The notes beneath the pieces are model-generated. The model was not told the origin of the DNA and ran no database searches. It was given only the letters and a program-made list of their open reading frames with translations. Of a stretch of 64,000 bases of DNA, positions 47,474-55,787 are shown piece after piece. The position numbers and the translations under genes are program-made. This stretch comes from Candidatus Methanomethylophilaceae archaeon (GTDB lineage Archaea; Thermoplasmatota; Thermoplasmata; Methanomassiliicoccales; Methanomethylophilaceae), in NCBI GenBank assembly GCA_050944155.1, contig JBMNQN010000001.1, forward strand, positions 64,001 through 128,000. The letters run 5' to 3'. How positions within the stretch are numbered: position 1 is the first letter of the stretch; each line of letters starts with the position of its first letter.

Positions 47474-47578
47474 GCCGAGATGGCTCAGCCTGGTGGAGCG
47501 TCGGACTCATAGGGTTCTGGTCTTCAGACCTCTTCCAGGGAAATCCGAAGGTCCTGGGTTCGAACCCCAGTCTCGGCA
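47474..47578 (+). tRNA. tRNA-Met (CAT), elongator type, with 31-nt intron at 37/38 (47512-47542)
   Basis: GCCGAGA/TCTCGGC acceptor stem, TCGGA-ctCATa[intron]a-TCCGA anticodon arm, TTCGAAC T-loop. Confidence 0.92.
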
Positions 47579-47656
47579 CCTTTATTTTTTAACTCCGGTC
47601 CGGCATAAGCGCCTGCCTCGTTCATCTTTTATATTCTACAGCGTTTAGCCTCATGC

Positions 47657-48850
47657 ATGAGGGTAATCATCTATACGGGAAAGGGAGGAGTCGGAAAAAC
47701 ATCCGTATCCGCCGCCACCGCGCGCAGACTGGCAAAAATGGGATACCGCACACTGGTCATGAGCACGGATTCCGCTCATTCCATGGGGGATTCCCTCGGT
47801 ATTGAACTTCCGCCCGACGTTATGAATATAGAAGAGAACCTCGACGCGCTGGAAATCGACATAATACACGAAATGAGAACCAAATGGTCTGCCATAAGCA
47901 GGTACATTTCGGCGTTCATGCTCTCCCAGGGCCTTAACGAAATTTCCGCGGAAGAGATGGCGATAGTACCCGGGATGGAGATGGTTGCAGCCCTGTTCTA
48001 TCTGAACCAGTTTGAAGAGGAAGGGATTTACGACGTCGTGGTCATGGACACCGCCCCCACGGGGGAAACGATCAGACTTCTGAGTTTTCCGGACGTATCC
48101 AACTGGTACGTGGACAGGATATTCGGTCTGATGAAAAAGTTCATCGCGGTGGCAAGAGTGACCGTGGCCAAGGTAATGGACTTCCCCCTTCCGGACAAGG
48201 AAGTCATGAACAGTATGTCCGAAATAAAACAGAAGATGACTTCGGTGAAGAAGATTCTGGAAAATCCGAAACAGACTTCCGTACGCCTGGTTCTCAACCC
48301 GGAACGCATGGTTATCAACGAGACCATGCGCGCATACACATACCTGAGTCTCTACAACTTTAACGTGGAATGCCTGGTAATCAACAAAATCTATCCCAAG
48401 GAAGGCATGGAAAGCGGTTATTTCCATGAAAGGCTCGGCGAGCAGGAAAAATACATGAAGGAAATAGACCACGCGTTCCAGCCCATGAAGATGATGCACG
48501 CCTACCTGATGCCCACAGAGCTCCGCGGGCCGGAAAAATTGGACGCTCTGGCGGAAATGATCTTCGGAGATTCCGATCCGTCCCTGTTCTATGCGGAAGA
48601 AAGTCCCATACGTTTCGAGTTCAAAGACGGTTTCGATCACCTGATACTCAAGATGCCCTTCGTAACCAGGGACAAAATCGACCTGTTCAGAGGAGAGAAC
48701 GACAATCTCATCATAGAAGTGGGAAGCCACAAGAGAACCGTCACGCTTCCCATGACTCTCAAGGACGCGGAAGTCCTGGGAGCGGAACTGAAGAACGGGG
48801 AACTGATAGTTAAGCTAAAACGGCAGGAAGCCGATACATCCCGAAGGTGA
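47657..48850 (+). CDS. arsA: ArsA/Get3-family ATPase with C-terminal HSP20-like domain
   Basis: GKGGVGKT, STDSAHS, DTAPTG, VLNPE; C-terminal LKMPF...LIIEVGSHKRTVTLP...GAELKNGELIV. Confidence 0.88.
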   Translation: MRVIIYTGKGGVGKTSVSAATARRLAKMGYRTLVMSTDSAHSMGDSLGIELPPDVMNIEENLDALEIDIIHEMRTKWSAISRYISAFMLSQGLNEISAEEMAIVPGMEMVAALFYLNQFEEEGIYDVVVMDTAPTGETIRLLSFPDVSNWYVDRIFGLMKKFIAVARVTVAKVMDFPLPDKEVMNSMSEIKQKMTSVKKILENPKQTSVRLVLNPERMVINETMRAYTYLSLYNFNVECLVINKIYPKEGMESGYFHERLGEQEKYMKEIDHAFQPMKMMHAYLMPTELRGPEKLDALAEMIFGDSDPSLFYAEESPIRFEFKDGFDHLILKMPFVTRDKIDLFRGENDNLIIEVGSHKRTVTLPMTLKDAEVLGAELKNGELIVKLKRQEADTSRR

Positions 48851-48854
48851 TACC

Positions 48855-49331
48855 GTGACGGAAGAAAAAGGATACAGCGAGGATTTCGAAAGCGAGTTGG
48901 AAGAGTTCGTAAAAGAAAACAGGGAGATGCTCGAAAAACTTCTGGAGAAGACCAGGAGGGACGAGCGTTCCGAAAAGATCCACGGGGCCAAGGACAAAGC
49001 CAAAACCAAAGCCGAAGAAAAGATGAAGGAAGTCGTTTACTTTGCCACCAACCCGGAGATGCATTCCCACTTCATGGCGGCGGGATTCCAGTTTATGATG
49101 GGCGTCAACGCCGCAATAAAGGCTATGCCGCTTCCCGATTTCGTCAAAGAATCCATAGATTCGATGGAAGAAGCCAGGGAACAGACCGCGGAGAGGATGC
49201 GCAAGTCGAAATCCGACAGTTCCGACGAAAAACCGAAGACCGGACGAATAGAGATAAGCGTCTCCGAACCCGAGGAGCCCCAGTCCAAGCCCAAATCATC
49301 CAGATCCAGAAAGAAAGCGCCGGAAGAATGA
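48855..49331 (+). CDS. Hypothetical helical protein, ArsA-associated
   Basis: GTG start 4 nt after the ArsA stop; amphipathic NPEMHSHFMAAGFQFMMGVNAAI. Confidence 0.75.
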   Translation: MTEEKGYSEDFESELEEFVKENREMLEKLLEKTRRDERSEKIHGAKDKAKTKAEEKMKEVVYFATNPEMHSHFMAAGFQFMMGVNAAIKAMPLPDFVKESIDSMEEAREQTAERMRKSKSDSSDEKPKTGRIEISVSEPEEPQSKPKSSRSRKKAPEE

Positions 49332-49332
49332 A

Positions 49333-49908
49333 ATGGAATCTTTCGGTGAAAGGGCCGTAAGAGCAGCCAGGGAAGCTGCCGAAAACGAAACCAGAGGCGA
49401 CGGCAGAAATCCCGATCCGGGCAGCGGATTCGATAGGAAGAGCGGAGTTTTCGTAACCATAAACACGGCGTCGGGAAACCTCAGAGGGTGCATAGGATAT
49501 CCGGAACCGGTTCTGCCTCTGGGAGAGGCGTTGATATCCGCGGCCCGTTCCGCATGCCACGACCCGCGTTTCAGACCTCTGACTCCGGAAGAAGCCGCCG
49601 AATGTATTTTCGAAGTGACCGTCCTTACGCCTCCGGAACGCATCCAATACTCTTCGGAGAAGGAACTTCTGAATCAGATAGAGATAGGAAGAGACGGGCT
49701 GATCATAACCATGATGGGCCGCCGGGGCCTGCTTCTTCCGCAGGTCCCCGTGGAATGGGGATGGAACAAAGAAGAATATCTGGAAAATCTCTCCATGAAA
49801 GCCAATCTTCCTCCCGGCGCGTGGAAGAGCAAATCGGCGGTAATCGAAAAATTCGGCGGAGAGATATATGCCGAAGAATCTCCCCGCGGCAACGTAATCA
49901 GGAAGTGA
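49333..49908 (+). CDS. AMMECR1 domain protein (TIGR00296 family)
   Basis: GVFVT, LRGCIG, DPRF, GLLLPQV, KANL. Confidence 0.93.
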   Translation: MESFGERAVRAAREAAENETRGDGRNPDPGSGFDRKSGVFVTINTASGNLRGCIGYPEPVLPLGEALISAARSACHDPRFRPLTPEEAAECIFEVTVLTPPERIQYSSEKELLNQIEIGRDGLIITMMGRRGLLLPQVPVEWGWNKEEYLENLSMKANLPPGAWKSKSAVIEKFGGEIYAEESPRGNVIRK

Positions 49909-49924
49909 TACCGCGGCGCCGGAT

Positions 49925-51175
49925 TTGGTTTTGGCAGGACGGGCGTTCGTTAACGGCGCACTCAAAGAAACGGAAGTGGGGATAACCCACGGGAAGATCG
50001 TTTATGTGGGACCGTCGGCGGACCGGGGCGGCCGCAGAATCGATTTGGGAACCAGCAGGATAATGATTCCCGGAGGCGTGGATCCCCACGTGCATTTCAG
50101 AGATCCGGGAATGACCCACAAGGAAAGTTTCGAAACCGGTTCCATGTCGGCCGTGTGCGGAGGAATAACCTGCGTTCTGGATATGCCCAACACCAAACCT
50201 CCCGCAGCGGACGAATATACGGTACGTGACAAAAAAGCCAGACTCAGAGGGCGTTCTTACTGCGATTACGGGCTGTTCGGCGCCGTAAGCCACGGACGTT
50301 CCCCCGCCAAAATGGCCGGAATGGTCGCAGGATTCAAGCTGTTTCTGGGCTCTACCACCGGAAACATTCTGGTTAAAGACGATTCGGACATAGAAGCGGC
50401 GTTCGGGGAAATCAGAAAAACGGGGAAACCCGTAAGCGTTCATTCCGAAGACGAAAAGATGATTTCCAAGGAATACGAAAAAGACTGTGCCGATCATAAC
50501 AGGAACCGTCCGATTTCCGCCGAACTCAACGGAATCAGAAGACTCGCAGGATACAAAGGAATGAAAATCAACATATGCCACTGCACAACCGCAGAATCTC
50601 TGGCACTTTCTTCTTCTCTGGGTTTTACCACCGAAGTCACCATGCATCATCTCATGTTCGACATAGGAAACGTTTCCGGAGCGAACTTCAAAGTTAACCC
50701 CCCTCTGAGAAACGGAAAGACCCGCGAAGCTCTCGTCGAAGCGTTCAGGAACGGGGCAGCCACGATGATAGGCAGCGATCACGCCCCCCATGCCCCCGAC
50801 GAAAAGAGTCTGGAGTTCGATTCGGCGCCCAGCGGAGTTCCCGGAGTGGAAACCACTCTGCCTATGATGATGGATGCCGTAAGGACGGGAAAACTGTCTC
50901 TGGAACAGACGGTAAGGATGTGTTCGACGGCTCCGGCCGGAGTTTTCGGAATGGAAAAAGGATCTCTAGAGGTAGGAAAAGACGCAGATCTGGCTATTTT
51001 CGATTTACGCAATCATTCGGAAATAAAAGTTCCGAAACTTCACAGCAAAGCCGGTTACAGTCCGTACGCCGGATTCGAAGCGGTGTTCCCAGATACGGTT
51101 ATTCTCAGGGGAGAGATTCAGCTCGAGGACGGAGAATTCTGCGGAGAAACCATGGGAGCTGATATAATTGGTTAA
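49925..51175 (+). CDS. pyrC: Dihydroorotase
   Basis: PGGVDPHVHFRDPG, DMPNT, KVNPPLR, GSDHAPH; TTG start uncertain. Confidence 0.9.
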   Translation: MVLAGRAFVNGALKETEVGITHGKIVYVGPSADRGGRRIDLGTSRIMIPGGVDPHVHFRDPGMTHKESFETGSMSAVCGGITCVLDMPNTKPPAADEYTVRDKKARLRGRSYCDYGLFGAVSHGRSPAKMAGMVAGFKLFLGSTTGNILVKDDSDIEAAFGEIRKTGKPVSVHSEDEKMISKEYEKDCADHNRNRPISAELNGIRRLAGYKGMKINICHCTTAESLALSSSLGFTTEVTMHHLMFDIGNVSGANFKVNPPLRNGKTREALVEAFRNGAATMIGSDHAPHAPDEKSLEFDSAPSGVPGVETTLPMMMDAVRTGKLSLEQTVRMCSTAPAGVFGMEKGSLEVGKDADLAIFDLRNHSEIKVPKLHSKAGYSPYAGFEAVFPDTVILRGEIQLEDGEFCGETMGADIIG

Positions 51176-52280
51176 TTTCAACATAGATTATTCGGGAGTA
51201 AGGGGCAGACTTGTAGAATGCCCGCCCCAATGCGGAATGTGCTGTCTCTGTCAGCCCGAAGTGCTCCCGGAAGAAAAACCGTATTTCGAGAAAAATCATC
51301 CAGAAAGCCTGGTGAAAACAAGGTCTCCTTACCCCTACACGGCACTTGCCATGAAGAAGGGACGCGGATCCTGCGTTTTCCTCAACGGAAGAAGATGTAA
51401 AATTTACGAGCACCGCCCGGCGTACTGCAGACAGTTTCCCATACACATATACGCCGGAGAGAAAATTTCGGCGGAACTGGATCTTTCCTGCAGAGGCGCA
51501 TGGACCGGCAGGGGAACGGATGCGGAAACCGAGGCCAAAAAAATAGCGGAAGCGGCCTCCGGAAGAATACACAAAGCTTTCCGGGAATCCAAAAAGGTTT
51601 ACGACGAATTTTACGGAAACTGCATGATGGCGGGGGTTATGGGAGACCCGGCAGCGCTGCGCGGCAGCATATCCGATTCTCTTTACAAGTTCACCGATCC
51701 CGGTTACCTCGGAGCGGTTCTCGAAACGTCTCTGACGGAAGATTCGATGGGATTGGAAAAAATCAGGAATTTCCGTCCCTTCGGTTCGGAAACGGAGGAA
51801 ACCGCAAGAGCCGCCGCCATGGACTCCATGTCCGCGGAAGATCCTCTGAGTCTTCCGGTTTACTGTGACAGCGAATGGAACTGGAACATGTTCAGGGCAG
51901 GAAACGGCAGGATAGAATGGATGGTCATGGACGACGACGGGGATTTAGAAAGCAAAGATTCCTCTCCCGCGTCGGAGATCCCCCTCAAGCCTCCGGAAGG
52001 AGACGGAAAGGATGTACTGGCACAGTATATTTCCGTGCTCAACGGAAGGGAGAGTTTCATGGGCAGCGTGTTCAGCAACATGGACGCCGGAGGATACGAA
52101 GACTCCATGTCCAACTCGTACTACGGAACGGTTGCGGTTTCAGTACTGGATCTTATGTGGAGGGCATCCGTATTGGATCATTTCATGGGAACCGGAACGG
52201 GTGCCGAAGGAATCAGAGAAGCCGTGATATTCTACGACATGGACCGTTTGGACGCCCCCTCCATAGGTGCCTTTGTATGA
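51168..52280 (+). CDS. YkgJ-family (CxxCxxCC) cysteine-cluster protein with C-terminal extension
   Basis: CPPQCGMCCLC, CVFL, CKIYEHRPAYCRQFP. Confidence 0.85.
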   Translation: MVNFNIDYSGVRGRLVECPPQCGMCCLCQPEVLPEEKPYFEKNHPESLVKTRSPYPYTALAMKKGRGSCVFLNGRRCKIYEHRPAYCRQFPIHIYAGEKISAELDLSCRGAWTGRGTDAETEAKKIAEAASGRIHKAFRESKKVYDEFYGNCMMAGVMGDPAALRGSISDSLYKFTDPGYLGAVLETSLTEDSMGLEKIRNFRPFGSETEETARAAAMDSMSAEDPLSLPVYCDSEWNWNMFRAGNGRIEWMVMDDDGDLESKDSSPASEIPLKPPEGDGKDVLAQYISVLNGRESFMGSVFSNMDAGGYEDSMSNSYYGTVAVSVLDLMWRASVLDHFMGTGTGAEGIREAVIFYDMDRLDAPSIGAFV

Positions 52281-52350
52281 CGCGCGGACGCGTACAAGCT
52301 GATAACCTTCAAATACTGAATCCTTTATGGGTTAGTCCGGAGGCCCTTGA

Positions 52351-52566
52351 ATGTTGAAACCGTTGGCGGTGCTGGGAAAGGCGGCGAATAATAACGTTAT
52401 CGTCGTTCTCCGCGGCAAGAAGGAATTCAGAGGCGTGCTGGACGGCTACGACCAGTACATGAACGTCGTGCTGAAGAACGCCGAAGAACTTCAGGAGGGC
52501 CAGTCCGTCGCCAGGTACAGGATGGCATTGGTGCGCGGCGACAACATAATTTACATTTCGCCATAA
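52351..52566 (+). CDS. Sm-like archaeal protein (SmAP/Lsm)
   Basis: [14 protein letters not shown] (Sm1), VRGDN (Sm2); conserved adjacency to rpl37e. Confidence 0.95.
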   Translation: MLKPLAVLGKAANNNVIVVLRGKKEFRGVLDGYDQYMNVVLKNAEELQEGQSVARYRMALVRGDNIIYISP

Positions 52567-52577
52567 GGAGTGATAAC

Positions 52578-52748
52578 ATGGGAACAGGAACACCGGCACA
52601 GGGAAAGCACAACACGAACAAGACGCACATCCCCTGCCGCAGATGCGGGAAACGCTCTTACAACATGAGAGCTGGAGTATGCGCATCCTGCGGATACGGC
52701 AAGACCGCAAAGCTCAGGTCTTACAACTGGGCTAAGAACCGCGATTAA
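52578..52748 (+). CDS. rpl37e: 50S ribosomal protein L37e (absent from ORF track)
   Basis: [28 protein letters not shown]...CASCGYG...RSYNW. Confidence 0.96.
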   Translation: MGTGTPAQGKHNTNKTHIPCRRCGKRSYNMRAGVCASCGYGKTAKLRSYNWAKNRD

Positions 52749-52757
52749 GTGAGAAAA

Positions 52758-54179
52758 ATGACCGGGCCAAAACACAGTTGCGGCGTTGTTGGAATCAGCG
52801 CCGAGAACAATGTCGTGCCCGCTCTTCAGAAATCCCTGATGATAATCCAGCACCGCGGTCAGGAGAGCGCGGGCATTTCGGTATACAATTCCGAAGGTTC
52901 CATTGACACGGTAAAGGACGAGGGTTTGGTTCAGAACGCCCTGCCGAAATATATTCTGGGAAGGTTCAACGGAAAAGTGGGAATCGGCCATGTCAGATAT
53001 TCCACGTCCGGGCCGAAGAACTCGTCAAACGCGCAGCCTCTTGCGTCGACAACCAATTACGGTCCTCTCGCCGTTGCGCACAACGGGGACATAACCAATT
53101 TTTCCGAGCTCAAAAGCAAGTACATGGCTTCCGGATGGTCTTTTTTTACGGATTCGGACAGCGAACTCATCACCAAAATTCTGAGTAAATATTCTGCCGT
53201 TTATACGGATCCCATAAAAGCGCTGAAAGCCACCTGCGGAGAACTCGACGGTTCTTTTTCCCTGGCGGTTCTTCTCAACGGAAGGCTGTTCGGCATAAGA
53301 GATCCCAGGGGAATGAGGCCCCTGTGCATCGGAAAGATCAGGGACGGATACATGATTGTCTCCGAAAGCGCCGCGATAGACGCTCTGAACGGAGAATTCG
53401 TAAGAGACGTTATGCCCGGCGAGATTGTCGAAATCTCGGAAAAAGGGATAACCAGCCATCCTTACAACATAAACTCGCCCAAGGCCTACTGCATGTTCGA
53501 GTGGGTGTACTTCGCGAGGCCCGACTCGGTCATCGACGGACGCGAAGTGTACGACGTGAGAAGAAAAATCGGAGAGGTTCTGGCAAGGGAATGTCCCGCC
53601 GACGTGGACCTGATAATGCCCATACCCGACTCCGGACGTGCACACGCCATAGGTTTCTCGGTGGAATCCAAAATTCCCTACGAAGAGGGATTCATGAAAA
53701 ACCGTTTCGCCGAACGCACGTTCATTCTCCCGGATCAGAAATCCAGGGAAGTCGCGGTTTCCACCAAAATGAACCCGATAAAAAGCACGGTCCGCGGAAA
53801 GAAGATTCTCATCGTCGACGACAGCATAGTCAGGGGAACCACTCTCAAGAAGCTGATCAGCATGCTTAAGGGTGCCGGGGCGAAAGAAGTCCACGTGCGC
53901 ATCGGATGTCCTCCGATAGTCGCTCCGTGTTATTACGGCGTGGACATGAAAACCAGAGACCAGTTCATAGCCACGGGCCATTCCGTGGACGAGATAAAAG
54001 AGATAATAGGCGCCGACAGCCTCGCATACATAAGCATAAAGGGTCTGCTGGAGGCGGTGGGAAAGCCGGAGGGCGAACTCTGTCTGGCATGCGTATGCGG
54101 AAAATATCCCACCATTATTCCCGGAGAAGTCCACAGACACCAGGCTACGCTCAAAGAAAATTACGACGGCTCCGCATAA
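52758..54179 (+). CDS. purF: Amidophosphoribosyltransferase
   Basis: Propeptide then CGVVG, QHRGQE, GHVRYST, CMFEWVYFARPDS, VDDSIVRG. Confidence 0.97.
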   Translation: MTGPKHSCGVVGISAENNVVPALQKSLMIIQHRGQESAGISVYNSEGSIDTVKDEGLVQNALPKYILGRFNGKVGIGHVRYSTSGPKNSSNAQPLASTTNYGPLAVAHNGDITNFSELKSKYMASGWSFFTDSDSELITKILSKYSAVYTDPIKALKATCGELDGSFSLAVLLNGRLFGIRDPRGMRPLCIGKIRDGYMIVSESAAIDALNGEFVRDVMPGEIVEISEKGITSHPYNINSPKAYCMFEWVYFARPDSVIDGREVYDVRRKIGEVLARECPADVDLIMPIPDSGRAHAIGFSVESKIPYEEGFMKNRFAERTFILPDQKSREVAVSTKMNPIKSTVRGKKILIVDDSIVRGTTLKKLISMLKGAGAKEVHVRIGCPPIVAPCYYGVDMKTRDQFIATGHSVDEIKEIIGADSLAYISIKGLLEAVGKPEGELCLACVCGKYPTIIPGEVHRHQATLKENYDGSA

Positions 54180-54214
54180 ACCTTTAATAGAAACAAATAA
54201 TCACTGGCAACATC

Positions 54215-54290
54215 GGGCAGGTAGATCAGTTGGAAGATCGCTACATTGGCATTGTAGAGGTCGCGAGTTCGAATCTCGCCCTGTCCACCA
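54215..54290 (+). tRNA. tRNA-Ala (GGC)
   Basis: G3-U70 pair, CTACA-ttGGCat-TGTAG anticodon arm, TTCGAAT, encoded CCA. Confidence 0.97.
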
Positions 54291-54413
54291 CTTTCTGAAT
54301 TTCCCGTTCTTTCCGGAGTTGCCGCAGATTCGGGATACACTCCCGAACGCCTATGGACGCGGCATTCCGCCCTCATTCAAAGAAATTATAACCGTTACGG
54401 ATATTCCGTGGTT

Positions 54414-55004
54414 ATGGATACGGAAACAATCATAGAATCGCTGAAAATGCACATGCCCGAAGTGGTTCTGATTGTAGGAGGACTGCTTGCGGTTCTCATA
54501 GTTTATTTTTATCTCAAGAACGAAACTTCGGCGGGTTACAAACTGTCGGTGTTTCTGGGTCTGATCGTCGGAGTTCTCATGATATACGTGGCGACGGTTT
54601 CCTGGTCGGGACTTGCGGTTTCGACGGCAATTATAGTCGTCGTGGGGGGTTTCACTCTGGTCATAAGGCCGTTCAGATCCGTGAACTTCGCGGTCATACT
54701 GGCACTGCTGGTCATGGCCGTGGCGTACATACTGCTGGGAAGCCTCGAAGGTTCCCAGGTTTACAACATAGATATCTCGTTCCTTGCGAGCGGATGGCCG
54801 AGAATAATAGTCGCCGTGGTTGCCGGGGCGTTGACATACATGATTACCAATTTCATAGAAGAAGCGATAAAAATATTCGGAAAACTTCTGAATTGGTGGC
54901 CTTTCCTGATGATACTCGGTCTGATCTGTATTGCGGAAGGAATATCCGTCGGTTTGGGACACGGTTCTGTTTACGAACTCTACCTCAGCTATACCGGAGA
55001 ATAA
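54414..55004 (+). CDS. Hypothetical multi-pass membrane protein
   Basis: ~6 hydrophobic segments. Confidence 0.8.
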   Translation: MDTETIIESLKMHMPEVVLIVGGLLAVLIVYFYLKNETSAGYKLSVFLGLIVGVLMIYVATVSWSGLAVSTAIIVVVGGFTLVIRPFRSVNFAVILALLVMAVAYILLGSLEGSQVYNIDISFLASGWPRIIVAVVAGALTYMITNFIEEAIKIFGKLLNWWPFLMILGLICIAEGISVGLGHGSVYELYLSYTGE

Positions 55005-55030
55005 GCAGTCCGACATGTTCCGTGTAAAGA

Positions 55031-55037
55031 TTTATAT
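55031..55037 (+). promoter_or_regulatory. TATA box for the tRNA-Arg / rpl41e / tRNA-Trp unit
   Basis: TAAAGA-TTTATAT, ending 25 nt before the tRNA-Arg 5' end. Confidence 0.6.
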
Positions 55038-55061
55038 TACAGGAGTCGTTGTTGGGTGAGT

Positions 55062-55166
55062 GGGCCCGTGGCTTAGCCAGGATATAGCGCTGGCCTTCTA
55101 AGCCAGACGCCTCGGGTTCGAAAGTCTCATTGAAAAAAGAGACCGAAATTCCCGACGGGCCCGCCA
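55062..55166 (+). tRNA. tRNA-Arg (TCT) with non-canonical 27-nt intron at position 59/60 (55123-55149)
   Basis: GGGCCCG/CGGGCCC acceptor stem plus G-CCA; CTGGC-ctTCTaa-GCCAG anticodon arm; T-arm interrupted by a perfect BHB whose excision restores TTCGAAT. Confidence 0.93.
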
Positions 55167-55207
55167 CAGGAAACCGTTGAGAAACGGCAGTCCAAGGAAG
55201 GTAAAAT

Positions 55208-55315
55208 ATGAAGAGAAGTTCACGCGCCTGGAAGAAACGCGGAAACCAGCGTTGGAAATGGCGCAAGAAGAAGATGAGAAGGAGAAAGAGAGCAGCGAAG
55301 ATGCGCAAGGCTTGA
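55208..55315 (+). CDS. rpl41e: Ribosomal protein L41e (eL41/eS32), 35 aa, absent from ORF track
   Basis: MKRSSRAWKKRGNQRWKWRKKKMRRRKRAAKMRKA*; RWKW plus basic helix; GAAGGT upstream. Confidence 0.85.
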   Translation: MKRSSRAWKKRGNQRWKWRKKKMRRRKRAAKMRKA

Positions 55316-55337
55316 TCAATCAGAGTCATTCTGACAA

Positions 55338-55509
55338 GGGAGTATAGGCTAACCTGGCAGACTGGCGGGCTCCAGTTATCGAGCGTGATTTGATTGAGTT
55401 GGCTGACAGTTGTGATGAATAACTGGAGCGATGACTCAATAATTTCGCGGAGGGTAGCTCCCTCCGTGGTGGAAACCCGCTGATGGGGGTTCAAATCCCT
55501 CTGCTCCCA
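55338..55509 (+). tRNA. tRNA-Trp (CCA) with ~99-nt intron (55376-55474)
   Basis: GGGAGTA/TGCTCCC acceptor stem, GCGGG-ctCCAg[intron]a-CCCGC anticodon arm, TTCAAAT T-loop. Confidence 0.92.
55385..55440 (+). ncRNA. Intron-encoded box C/D guide RNA
   Basis: CTGA 55403-55406, GTGATGA 55412-55418, guide TAACTGGAGC complementary to 55369-55378, ATGA D-like box 55431-55434. Confidence 0.75.
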
Positions 55510-55787
55510 CCTTGCGCATCCCCGGTGCCATTACCTTTCGGTCACGGAAGGTATTAACCTCTTTCGACTCTTTTTCTTTGCTATTTTTTATATCTGCAAT
55601 ATTGCAAACTCGGTTTTTATCGAAAGTCAACGGACTGCGCTGACATCGGTTCTCATGAGATCCAGGCCGGATGCGTTATTTCCGTAAGGTTCACTTTGTA
55701 AAGAACCGAGCCCACAAATTTGCGGTCGCACAGCTGTGCTACGAGGGCTTCGGAAGCCATGGTAACGGCACGTAACGCTACCGGAAC

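Noticed and set aside
49905-49927. Frameshift or lost start at the pyrC 5' end
   Set aside because: An in-frame TTG at 49925 gives an essentially complete protein, so no defect needs to be invoked.
55620-55787. SRP RNA, RNase P RNA or 5S rRNA
   Set aside because: Lacks the SRP helix-8 motif, RNase P conserved regions and 5S signatures; too short for the first two.
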